From contig RBZT01000771.1 of NCBI GenBank assembly GCA_003693705.1, positions 43,592 to 107,591 of the forward strand: 64,000 nt of DNA, given 5' to 3'. The notes under the pieces were generated by a model. It ran no database searches. It was not told the DNA's origin and worked only from the letters and a program-made list of their open reading frames with translations. Below, piece after piece: positions 51,772 through 63,926 of the stretch; position 1 is the stretch's first letter, and every line of letters begins with the position of its first letter. The position numbers and the translations under genes are program-made. This DNA is from Polymyxa betae A26-41. Lineage: Eukaryota; Protista; Endomyxa: Phytomyxea.

Positions 51772-53193
51772 TTATTTAGATGCTGTAGAGGTAAGCTGAT
51801 GTATTGAGATATGGACGTCATCTTGCGCTTCTGAATCCGGTCGTTTTGTCCTAATTTTCGCGAACGTATCGACATTGTGCACAACCCTTTTCTCTTCACA
51901 TAACGCCTTGAAATGCTGCCACGATGGGTGATTCGTCCGAAGAAACCGCCCTAACGAATTGGTTTCCATCAACAGTAATATTTGAGCTGCGGACTCGTCG
52001 AACATGGTAGCCGTGATCATTGTATTCTCGCCTGACCGGTCCTTGAAGATGTCCCGGAAATGCTTCGATAGCTCGCTTGGTAGGTTGACTTCCAGAGGTG
52101 ACGAACTGGAAAGATACTTGTCAAAGATCTTCCAGGCCAGGCCGACGATTTCAGTGTTTGGACTGGCTCCGTCAGCAGTCCCGCATCCGGCGCGAAATGA
52201 GGTCACGTCTTTCCAGAATAGGAGATTCTCGACAGAGAACTCCCTCTCTAAATGTGCTTTGAATGCCTCAAATCCCTCCTCTGTAAGAAGGAATTCCTCA
52301 AAATCCGATTTCTGCCCGTTTCCACCTGCGTCGTTGCCTTCAATCACAGTTTGCAGACGGGCTCGCTTTCGTGTCTGGAACAGCGGCATGACAAAAGCAA
52401 TTATAAAGGCGCTATCAATAAGCAAGAGAGTGCAAAAGTCTTGCAGATTCAAGGTTGACAAGGCAGCGATTCGTTTTTCCAGCAACATATTGCAGCATAA
52501 GGTGATGATGCCGATTAAACCGATCTTTTTCAGCAACTTCTTGGTGCCGAAAGCATCTTGGACTAATCGTAATCGCCAGGACAGAACGAACAGCCAGAAA
52601 ACCGTGATCAGGCCTCGTCCATAGATAAGAACGAGCGCCATCTGTCCTGCTTGTGCTGTGTTCTCATCGATTTCGCTGAGAGGTGTCAAGACATCTGTGA
52701 CACTGATTTGGCTGTAGAAATAAAGAATGACGACTGGTGGCCAGATCACAGTCTGGACAATCACCCAGGTATAGGCGAACTTCTCACTCAATAGGAACGA
52801 GAACATTTGCATCGATCTGATGAACTTATTGGCGCTTTCGACATCTGTCGAATTTTGGATCGCTTGATAGATCATCATTTGCTCTTTGGTCTTGTTGTAT
52901 GCGATATATAACGATAGAGCAAAAACAAAGAACGACTCGCATACTGGATTGATGAGGGCGCTTGAAATTACAATGTCCAAATATGAGCTTGCCGATAATC
53001 CAAACAGATTTCGAAGCAATACGTGCCAAATATTGACCCATAGAGCTATCAATGGAATCATGAAGATTCTTGGCCTTCTCACATTGATGGGATCGCGATC
53101 CCTGTTCTGCCAATACAGGAATGGGACAGCAAGCAAAGGCAGATGAAGCACGTTTGCAACAGCCCAAATAGCAATCGCGGACGAATTTGCCAT
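51772..53193 (-). CDS. 7TM-RGS protein, copy 4
   Basis: 473-aa single ORF colinear with the other copies; EFSVENLLFW, PLEVNLP, METNSLGRFL. Confidence 0.9.
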   Translation of the reverse strand: MANSSAIAIWAVANVLHLPLLAVPFLYWQNRDRDPINVRRPRIFMIPLIALWVNIWHVLLRNLFGLSASSYLDIVISSALINPVCESFFVFALSLYIAYNKTKEQMMIYQAIQNSTDVESANKFIRSMQMFSFLLSEKFAYTWVIVQTVIWPPVVILYFYSQISVTDVLTPLSEIDENTAQAGQMALVLIYGRGLITVFWLFVLSWRLRLVQDAFGTKKLLKKIGLIGIITLCCNMLLEKRIAALSTLNLQDFCTLLLIDSAFIIAFVMPLFQTRKRARLQTVIEGNDAGGNGQKSDFEEFLLTEEGFEAFKAHLEREFSVENLLFWKDVTSFRAGCGTADGASPNTEIVGLAWKIFDKYLSSSSPLEVNLPSELSKHFRDIFKDRSGENTMITATMFDESAAQILLLMETNSLGRFLRTNHPSWQHFKALCEEKRVVHNVDTFAKIRTKRPDSEAQDDVHISIHQLTSTASK

Positions 53194-53907
53194 CAGACTG
53201 CCGAGAGAGTAAAATGAAAACCAAGACGGTTACGATATGAGAATTTAAGATATTTAATCAATATCTTGTAAAAATCGCCCTGGAGAGCTTTCTCTACCGT
53301 GAGACAATCAGGAAAAGCGATCTTATCATTTACTCTCCGACAACAATAAGATTGTCATATCGAAGAGCAAGAATCGGCATCCATTACGGCAGGATGTATA
53401 ACACTTGACTGCAAACGACAGCACGGTTCCTGATGTCCGGAACGGGACTTCAATCTTGGCGATTAACGCCAGACAGTAATTGCGGGATTGGTCCCATCTT
53501 CTTGACGAGCTCGACATAGCTCCAGATGACTAGCCTAGCAATTGAAATGTTCCTTGTTTAACGAGAGAGACAGATGAATTTGTCTTAGACTAATAAGAAT
53601 CATTATAATGATGTTTCAGTTTGATATGTCTCTGCATCGTCTATAGCAATATGAACCGTTAGTAAACCCTATCCCATCTAATCCAAAATTGAGAAAGTAC
53701 TCTGAGAAACTCAGAAGGAATGTTCGAAGTCAGAGGACGGATGACACGCAAGCAAAAGATAATCGGCAATGGCGCAATAAAAAGTGCGTCGTCTAAGTTC
53801 GGGTTGCGGGGACTCTCTCTCTCCTCCCGGGTAAAGCGGCATTCTGAACACACTGTCGTCTGACAAAACCTTCGGCTGTGATCGTCTGACATTAGGCATC
53901 AAGCCAG

Positions 53908-56900
53908 ATGAAGGTCGTCGTTGCTGCCGCCCTCCTGCTCTTCTTTGCGCTAAATGCGTCTGCTTCGGTCATTGGGGTCGATTTCGGATCGCAGTATATC
54001 AAAGCGGTGGCGATCAAGCCGGGAATGCCGTTTTTCACGGTTTTAGATGAAGCATCTAAGCGAAAATCACTGTCACTTGTATGAGCTCTATCACCGTGTT
54101 GTGTCGTGCTTAACATGTCGTAGGTGTCGTTTGATACAAACCAGAGACTACTTGGAAACGCGGGCGAAGCTTTGGCGGTGAAATTCCCCAATGCTGCGTT
54201 CATGTGGACACATCGACTTCTTGGGAAGCCATTTGGATGTCAAATCCAACAGGAACTACTCGACGCTGGTTATCCCTATACATTCTCCCCGACCCCAAGA
54301 GGCACAATTGGTAATCTTATTCCTCAACCAGTCTGCCATCGCTTAAATTTTGTCAAGCTATGGACGTCGACGGTTCGAAATATTCGGTCGAAGAGTTGGT
54401 TGCGATGCAATTGCGCATGATCCGACATAATGCTTTCGTTCAAAGCGGTGTCCCCATTAATCAAGTTGTCATCACTGTCCCGCCGTATTTCAGGTAGAGT
54501 AAACTGCTCTGGCATTGTCATTTTACTTATTTCTGTCAGTCAAACGGAACGTCAGGCTGTTTATGACGCGGCGGCAATTGCTGACTTAAAAGTTCTTTCA
54601 TTGATTAACGACAATAGCGCTGCTGCCATTGAATACGGCCGTGAGCGTACCTACAGCTTAAATGAGACACACACAGCTTGCATCTTTAACGTTGGCGCTT
54701 CATCGACAACAGCAACTGTTGTCAAGTATTCTGCGTATCCCATAAAGAATGGTTTGTGCTTTCGGCTTCTGGTTTTCGTTTTTGTTTTTGACAAGTTATA
54801 GGATTAGTCAACGTTCCCTCTGGCCAGATGGAGGTCATTGGCAATGGCTTTGATGACAGACTTGGTGGCAACCCGTTTGACATTCGTCTGGCATTATATC
54901 TTGCCGACCAGTTCCAGGTATTATCGTGTTGGCTTCGCCTATGAAGATTTACATTTCGCAGGAACAAGTGAACAAAGCTGGATTCAATGTTGATGTCCGA
55001 ACTTTACCTCGCGTGATGGCACGTCTTCGCGGTGCTGCTCAAAAAGCCAAAGAAGTATTGAGTGCCAACCAAGAGTGCATAGTAATGCTCCCATTAGAGC
55101 TTATGGTTTGAGTTCTAAACCGCTTTAGGTTCGTGTTGAAAGTCTTTACGAAGAATTGGACTTCAAACATCTTCTCAACCGTGATATTTTCCACGACATC
55201 TCCAAAGATCTGTTTGATCGGTTTACCCCGGTTATCATGCGTGCTTTGGATGATGCCAAGGTTTCTGCTGAAGACGTCAATGCTTTCGTTCTTGTTGGTG
55301 GCGGCTCTCGTATCCCTCGTATTCAGGTAATGGTTCTTGATTAACGTCATTCACACTTCTGAAAGCGGTTCTTTAGGAAATTTTAAAGAATTCTACCGGC
55401 GGCAATGAATTAGACCAAAGCTTGAACGCCGATGAGGCGATTTCGTTCGGCGCTGCCCTTTACGCTGCTAATAACAGTGTGTCATTCCGAGTTCGTAAGT
55501 TTGGATATATCGATCGGCTCCAATATCCCGTTGGGGTTCGGCTTGTGGAGTTATCGGGCAAGGATGGAAATGAGCCACGATCAAAACGTGCTAGCGTGTA
55601 CTCCAAGTAAATATTTAACTGCTGCTTTTTATGCATTTTCTGATGTAAGTCAAGGCATGCTCGCGTTGATTCTCAGCGACATATCGAAGTTCCTTGGGAA
55701 TCTGATGTTCGTGTTGAGCTTCATTATGATGAAAAGAAGTTACCCTCTTGTATCGATCAGAAAATCTCTCAGTATGAGGTCACCGGAATCTCAGAGGCCT
55801 GCTCTGAATACAAGGTTCTATATCAGCATATTGATAGATCGATTTTTTACAGTCTTCTCAGAAACATGGAACTCCGTCTGTTCAGCTCACGTTTGATTTA
55901 AAGCCTGATGGGATGGTGCAGTTGGTGTCTGGTGAAGTATCAGTTACTTACACTGAAATGGAGCCAGTCCCTCCGAAGAAGTCCAAGGCAAAGGTTGACT
56001 CGATTTACTTCTCGCAATCGCCATTGATGTTTCTGTCTTTTAGAAGGATGATGAATCTTCAGAGCAAGATTCAGAACCCGAGATGCGCCCTGTAAGCAAG
56101 ACGCTGCAGACCCCTGTAAATATCATAAAGAAATCGTTTGGGAACATTCACTTCCTCGATGACGACGGCCTGAAGGCTTCTAAAGCCGCCATCGACGCTC
56201 TCGATAAACGTGACCAACACGTCAAGGTAAACTTTCACCATGCCTTCCAGGCTTCAATCGAACTCTGCTGACAGGATCTTGCTGCTGCTCGTAATCGTCT
56301 TGAAGCGCACATATATGAAACCCGTTCAAAGATGGACGATGACCTTGTCAAGAAGTATTCCACTCCAAAGCAGCAGGAACAGATTTCGGAAAGTTTAGAT
56401 TCTGCTGAACTGTGGCTGGAGGATAATTTCGAATCGGATCAAGTTTCGTTGTTTACGGACAAGTTGGCCGAGCTGAAGGCTTTGTCGGATGATATCTTCT
56501 TCCGTATCAAAGAGGCAGGGCTTCGTACAGATTCCTTGGCGGATCTCGACGCTGCTGTTGCCAGTACGTGTTAATCCTGGTTAACTATCTCATAATGCTA
56601 ATTTGAAACAGGTGCATCTAAATCGTTGAAGAAAATCCGGGAAAAAATGGATTGGGTTCCACAGGAAATGATCCAGTCTCACGAGAAGTTGCTGACTGAA
56701 ACTATGGAGTGGCTGGCAAGCAAGACTGCCGAACACAATTCCATGGTTTGATGATTCTGTTAATGTTAGATGAGAGCTGATACTGTTTCTATAGGATCCT
56801 GTCGAGAATCCCAAATTTTTAGCAAGTGACGTAGATAAGCAGAAAAAACAGCTTGTTGACCGTACTGCTCTACTTCAGCGCTACCCCAAACCGCCTCCCA

Positions 56901-57184
56901 AACCGGCTGACACTAAGAAAAAGAACGCCACTGAACCAGGCAAAGCTAAGAGCTCCGGCAATTCGGAATCTTCTGCTGAGCCGTCAACGGATTCATCGAA
57001 GGAAGCCTCTAACGAGTCGTTTAATGAACCATCTGTAGAGTCATCTAATGAATCATCAACTGAATCTTCAAACGAGGATCCAGCAAAATCTGGAGAAGTT
57101 CCAGAGAGTACACCTGAAGAAAGCGGCGAGTCCGAGCCCCAAGATGTTGAGAACTCCCACGATACAGGAAAAGACGAACTGTGA
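53908..57184 (+). CDS. HYOU1: ER Hsp70-family nucleotide-exchange factor HYOU1/GRP170/Lhs1 (multi-exon)
   Basis: Signal peptide + VIGVDFGSQYIK, LVGGGSRIPRIQ, LNADEAISFGA, ARNRLEAHIY, acidic tail and C-terminal KDEL. Confidence 0.92.
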
Positions 57185-57545
57185 ATGCGAATGCATGTCG
57201 TTACCGATTGCAATCAATAAATTGTACCTATCTTTGGATGGATTCTGGGTGTTGATAAAAAACTTATAAATTTTGAGCAAACGATTGGATCACGAGTTGA
57301 TTCTTCATTCAATGGTATGCTTGCTTCCTTATGTGCTGTCTCTGAAGCTTTTGTATCTGGAATCCGCCGATGAGAGTTTCCCAAAGAACCAAGGTTAGGG
57401 TTAGGGTTTGTTATCGGCCATAAGGGGGCTGCTCCAATTCTACTGATGAAATGTTGGCAGGGTGCACCGACCATACTTAGCGAGCGCTTCGGTTCTTACG
57501 TACACCCGTACATTCATATTAACGATCCTAGTTCAAAATCCGTTT

Positions 57546-59310
57546 ATGACCAACGAGTTTGCATGCCCGGTCACTGTCGGTTTTCCAAAACCCGGTTCTT
57601 CGCTTCAATGTGACTGCAAAGTCAGCTCGGAATCGATCAGTTTCTCAGCTGCTCAAGCAAAACCCATACCACTAACAACCAGTTTATATCTCGATGAGTT
57701 CGGTCAAACGAATGGATTCGCTATTTGGAACGATGATGGGATTCAGGCTGTGATATCAAGCAATCCAGATAATCAACTGAATCTGGTGTGTGGTTTTGAG
57801 GGAAGTTGAACTGGTCTTTGATTTGCCCTATTCAGATGAATGCAATCATCGATCATCTCTGGGAACCTATCGGTCGTGTGAGTTCAGAACCCATCGACCA
57901 AATGGAATGGCGTCATTCGGTATTCTGGCTTCTTAACCTCGCATCGAGTTCTCATACCATTTAGGTTCACAGAGGAAGTTTACATTCTGCTTGTGTTCTT
58001 GGAGACAAGGAACGTTTTGAAAAGCTTATCTCAGAAATGGCGTCCTTCTCAGTCGATCGGCAGTAAGTCAAGCGAAAACAGTTTACGACTGCTTTCAAAG
58101 TTGATTTTGAAGGGACTCTTCCGGGCGTACAGCACTTTATTATGCTTGCAGCCGCGACTTCAAACATGGCGTTGAATCACTTGTGAAAGCAGGTGCTGAT
58201 CCAGCATATGGCGATAATGAAGGCGTTACGCCACTACACGTCTCGTCACGATTGGGGCATGCCAACACGACTCAATTCCTTTTGACATCAGGAACCGGTG
58301 TCATCGTTGCTGAATTCGAAGGTGATCAGACCTCTCCAGTCTGGTTGGCCGCTTGCAGTAACAACCCTCGAGCTGCTGCATGCTTGAAAGCTTTGTTAGC
58401 GCATGGGTTTTCTGCCGATCTTACATACGAAGGCAAACATTTGCTACATGTCGCTTGTATTCAGAACCAAACGGAGGTGGTTGAAACTCTTCTCGTAGAA
58501 GGGAAACTCGACCCTAATATCATTTCTAGCGAGGGACTCGGTCCTTTACATTATGCTGTTCGTGAGAACGCCACGAATGAGCCCACGTTGGTGAAAGATC
58601 TGCTATGGGCGGGAGCCTATGCTAACTATCCCACTGACGACGACCTCAAGAATACCCCTCTTCATTTATGCAGGCAAGAAGACGTCGCGATGGCGTTGGT
58701 TCAGCATGGCGCCCGACTAGACATATTGAACGCATCTGGACAAGCAGCGACCTATCATCTATCAGAAGACTTCGTCAAACGTCTTTCATCGACCAGTTTA
58801 GTTAGATGGAAGCTAAAACGAGAAGTCGCGATTCTGTTCTGCCCGAACGCTGCCTATCTGGATGGGTCGACATGCCGCCTATGCAAGTACGCTTTCTTGC
58901 CACTCATTGGCAGAAAGCATCATTGTCGGATCTGTGGCAGTTTAGTCTGCGAATCGTGCTCACTGAAACGCGTCACGTTCTCAAGCCAGGCTTATCGTGC
59001 ATGCGATGGTTGCTTCAACCGTGCCATCGAGGCCAAGGTCGCATTCCAAATGCTCCCGAACGCGATTCCTGCTGTGCCTGATAGTCCCCCGGGTGAGCTA
59101 TTAGACTCCCCTGAGCTGTCACCGACGTCCCGGCCAGCCGCCTTGGACCTCTCTGATAATGAGACGGCTATAGCTCGACCCATAGCCGCCCTTCAAGAAA
59201 GGAGCCAGGCTCTGGATGAGCTGGGCAACAGATCGGATGCCCTTCGCAACGATGCCGAACAGTTCGCCAGTCTGGCCGACAAGCTGGCAGCGAAATTCGG
59301 TGCCAAATGA
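57546..59310 (+). CDS. Ankyrin-repeat + FYVE zinc finger + C-terminal R-SNARE-like motif protein
   Basis: Ankyrin: GVTPLHV, GPLHYAV, TPLHL. FYVE: CRLC..RKHHCRICG..CESC..RACDGC. Tail: LQERSQALDELGNRSDALRNDAEQFASLADKL. Confidence 0.85.
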
Positions 59311-59384
59311 TGCCTATCTATTAAATACAACATACAGACAAGTTATGACATAGTACTGGTAGTATCGATCTCTTAGTATGTATC

Positions 59385-62270
59385 ATGTCGTCATTCAGTC
59401 ATGTCCAGATAGCCTACTTTAGGCGCCTTTATGATACATACCGGTCTAAGAGTGCCGGCATAAATCATAACGATTTAGTGCTGATATTGGTAGAGTCCCT
59501 AGTAGGGTGTGTGTCGTCGGTCGCCATGCTGAAACTGGATCCAGAGGCATCTTGGACCAGATATCCCGCTGGCCGTCGCCAAGCTCAAGATTCGTGATTA
59601 CTCCAAGAGCGGCGACTTCATCAAATTCGATGATTTCTGTCGCCTGCTGGCTGCTTACCAGAATGAGCTTCCGGATCTTCAGATGGAGTTCGTCAAGGCA
59701 TTGCAGTATTTCTTGAAGGTAAGGTTTCGTGGGTCGCTGTTCGAGTTTCTCTCACATACTAGGCAGAAAAGGACGAAAGCCATGACCTTTGGTATCACCG
59801 AAGGGAATGGACTGAATCGCAACGATCTGATTAATATTCTGTTATCTGGTAGTCAGCCTCTTTCCATCACCGAAGCCAATGCTGTCTGTGCCAGCTGCTA
59901 CTGCAAAACTAATGCTGAGTTTGGGCGCTAATAGGCGGTCGATGACATCCTTGCTGGCCACACCACAATATCCACGAAACGGATTCTGAAGAAGATTAAC
60001 CACAATGGGGCGTTATGGGCGTCGATCTCGTATGATCATAAATATATCTGTATTTGTTTAAGCCCACAGAGCATCAAAGATCTGATTCCAATGTGCAGCC
60101 TATCCTCCAAAGATTATGCTGAAAATCTGCCTGACTGAAATCAGCGATCTGTCCATGCTTCGAAGAGTCAAATTCCGGCCTGGGCAAGGCATCGCTTTCA
60201 ATGCCTTAGATCCGTTCATTCGCATTCGATTCTGCAATTCTGTTTTAACAACCACAGTGAGATTTAACCTACTTTCTGCGTTTCGATTTAGTTTATAACT
60301 TTCGAAAAGATACGACAAGCTGAATCGGGGAACTTTTGGCCTCGGACGTTAATGCTGCCGATACAGATTCCCTCTGTGTCCCTGGATTATATTCAATCGA
60401 AGGTACCGGTTTGATAATTCGCTATTCGCTTGCCGACCTTTTTAGATTGGGTTTCGCAACTCGGTGATAATCGATCTGATGGACAGCCAGCGTACTAGTC
60501 GCAGCTCGGTCTATGCAGAATGGATTGGATCCGGACGGCTGCGATTAACTACAGTTATGAGGCAGTCTATTGGTGTAGTGCCATACGAGGTTCTGCTTAG
60601 AAAGTTCCGATCCCTTAAATGACAGCTGTTCTCAGGTGTCGTTCGATTGTCAGAATTCCAGCTCCAATTTAAGGCTTCGCTTAACGATCGAGCTGATTGG
60701 TCTGATATGGACATCTAGGTAACCCGGTCTAAAATCGTGTTCAGGTCCCTCGTTAGGATCGATATTCGATTCTATAGACGACCTGATTCTAACCAACCAT
60801 TATGTGAAATTGGCCAAAGACGTCAATCCAGCTCCTGCTAAACCACTAGCTGGTATTTGGATAAACTCGCTTTGTGCTCTGATAAGCTGATAAAAGGAAT
60901 AGGAAAGAGAGAAGTTACTTTACCGGGATCTATCAAAACTGCAACAATTGCGACCAAAGACGGCCATTCTAAAAATCTGCTTGATCGCGTTATCCAGATT
61001 TACGAGCGGGTCGAGGCTCAGGTCCCCCGACGCAACGTTCGCCTATTCGGGCGTGACTACAACGATAATTTCGCCCTGATTGTCCAGTTCGTGACCAAAT
61101 GCCAAATACCACCGTCGTATCAGAATCCTCAAAAACTTGCCGAGTCGTTCTGTTTTCTCAAAGGAAATCCAGCACATTCGTGTGAACCCGAAAATACCGA
61201 ACTCGTAACCGATACTGAGGTTCCTTAAATTCAGGTCCTTAACTGACACCAGGACGCCGATATCGTTCTACCCCCCGATTTCTTCATTCGTCGTGGATTC
61301 GTCTCCATGCTGGACCGAAGTTTATTCCTTTGTGGGCTATTCAATGCATGTGGATTAAATGCATATGTTGTGACTGGAAATGATGGCCTATATGAATGTG
61401 TTTGGGTAATCGATATTGACCAAAATGGCACAGTTCGACATTGGTAGAATCTAATTCTATGAAGCATCAGGCTGTGTAATGATATTGATTGTAGGGATAC
61501 GCTAACCGGTAAATACAGCTACAGCAGCTCCTATGTTCCTGGAGCGGTCTGGAACAGCCGACAGTTCTATTTCAATGTCTGCTCGGATGATCGTCCAGAT
61601 TTGGACTGGAATCTCTCCGACATGTCGTCATGGAAGCCGTTACTGCTAGAAACCGATGTATTACCATCACGATACCGATATAACTTAGTATGACTCCCCT
61701 CCATATGTTGTAGTGATCCTTTTCAATACAAGTTGCAGGTCATGACGCCAATGCAATTGTCGAATGATTCGACTTCCACGAACTTGATTGTGAGCGGTTC
61801 TGTGGGCGATACTTCAGTTTGTATTCAATTTGTTGCAGGTTGCAGGAATCCAGTCGTACCGTCAGGCCCGCCTGGGCTTAACAACTCCATTCTACTGGCC
61901 GATTTGCGAAGCGTTTCATTCGTTGTTGAGCTCTACCGATCTGACTACCGTCATGACCAACCGATATCTTCAAGATTATGCTCGACAGCACTTGTTTCCA
62001 AACACGCTGTCATCGTTTCGCCAAATTGTCTTTAAGTATACGGGATCTTAGACAATACTTTTAGACAACTGAAAAATGTGTAGATGTTGCCCTGAAAACA
62101 TCATAGTTCAAGAGCTGATTTGGATGGGTCTACTGGACTGTACAGCTCCTGATACAGTATTTGGTATTGGAGTTAATACCAGATCACATGGTCTAGGCCT
62201 AACAACAACCAACGTCATCATTGGATATATCATCAACCTGAATTCCATATTATTAAATTCAATAGAATAG
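59385..62270 (+). CDS. EF-hand-like + C2 + transglutaminase-like (CEP76/CC2D2A-type) coding region; may be one or two genes
   Basis: EF-like: IKFDDFCRLL. C2-like: LKICLTEISDL..LDPFIRIRF. CEP76-like: LLCGLFNACGLNAYVVTG..VWV..HW|DTLTG..AVWNSRQFYFN..WKPL. Confidence 0.55.
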
Positions 62271-62330
62271 TTGCCGCAATGACTCCAAATCGGTCAAGAC
62301 CCGTCGGAGAATCTCACCGCGGATGGCGTT

Positions 62331-62833
62331 ATGAGCTCGTCTGGCATCACCTATTACGAGATCATTGGTGTCGCCGCCGACGCCACCGAACACGAAATCC
62401 GGTCGGCCTATCTTCGGAAGGCGCTGCAGCATCATCCAGATAAGTCGGAGGGTGGCCACGAATCCGAGCATTTTTTGGCGCTGCAGGCTGCTTGGGAGAC
62501 GCTACGCGATCCCATCGCCCGAGCCAGATATGATGCGGGCGTTCGAGGTACATTCTGGCCCACGTTTGGTCTTGTGGTCGTAGCGAAGTTGACGCCTTGG
62601 TAGACACGAGATTGAAATCGAGATCGTCTAACAATGGGCCGATTTACCTGATTGTTGGGCTTGATGAATGCACGGCGGTGTCGACCGACCCGGATCGCCC
62701 TGACATCATCGATGCCTATCTGTACCAATGCCGATGCGGCGATGATTATTTCGTGGAGGTGGGCGCCTTCCAGCACGACCAGCAGATCGTCCAATGCAGC
62801 AGCTGCTCGTTGCGGATACAAGTTAATAGATAA
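62331..62833 (+). CDS. DPH4: J-domain + CSL zinc-finger protein (DPH4/DNAJC24), 2 exons
   Basis: YYEIIGV..HHPDK..AWETLRDP..YD, then YQCRCGD..CSSCSLRI. Confidence 0.9.
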
Positions 62834-62842
62834 GCAAATAAT

Positions 62843-63568
62843 TTATTGGGAGAAGGAATCGTCCTCGGTCCTGGCGTAGTCTTGTACTGAGATATTGGGG
62901 GCGTTCAGACCCGAGACTAAGCTACGCCCGCAAGGGTCGTCGATCACGACAGAGAAATCCGACGCCGAATCCAATCGTGATCGGAACCCCTGCATGAAGG
63001 CCTCGAACTCTTCGCGATTATTGGTCATGAGCAGGCGCTGCGGATCGTCGAGATTGGCGTAGATCTCGTCGAGCAGCGTCCCGACTTTGGTGAACTGACA
63101 GCCCAGCTGACCTCTGCCCAGATCCAGACCGATTTCTGGAATAGATAACGACGCCGTCGACGACTGTGTTGGAATTAGGGATTTGTGATGAAAAACGAAC
63201 ATTCAACATACGATGGCGGCGTCCCTTTGCAGATCCATCTCCGATTGAACGGAAAGCGTTAAGATTCGGCCCAGGGAGCGAACCGGGCCAGATTCATCGA
63301 CGGCGATCTTGCGATAGCCACAGTGCTGGCATTGATCAATCAGCAAACTGATATCCAGGAAGCCGTCCTGCAGCGATCTCCCGACGTACTGCTGCAGGGC
63401 CGAGAGACAGCGCGGGCAGGGGTGTGACGCCAGACGGGATTCGGCGATCTGAATCACGAGTCCGACCGAGTTCGAGACGACGGTCTCGTCCTGGGCAGTT
63501 TCTGGCTCCGCTTCGGTGTCTAACGTGGTTTGATCGGGAGTCGGTTCCGCTGGATTGCCTTTACACAT
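62843..63568 (-). CDS. ZPR1-like zinc-finger protein with a single ZnF + A/B module (2 exons)
   Basis: CPRC..CQHCGYR..G..LTLSV..DLQR..|SSTASLSIPEIGL..GTLLDEI..IDDPCGRS. Confidence 0.8.
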
Positions 63569-63926
63569 GATCGGCGATGGGAAAAGCGAAAATCGCGAAA
63601 ATAAAACACAAACAATGGCTGAACAGCGGGCCACGGACTTTTTTTTCGGATTTTTGTCTAGAAAGCTCTTCGATTTGCCGATTGGCGTTCAACTTGGTAC
63701 CTACACAGACTTATTAGAAGTAACAATACAGATGGACTGATGATCGCCTAAACGGGCATAATCTCGTCAGGTGAGACGTATTACATCTGTGGAGTACTTA
63801 AAAACAGATAAGAAAGCAGAATGGAAGATACAAGACACAGATGATAGAGAGATGTGAATGTATAATAAAAAAGATAGAAGATGTATGAATGGAGATGTGA
63901 CAGAGATGGGAGGTGTTGCACATTTA

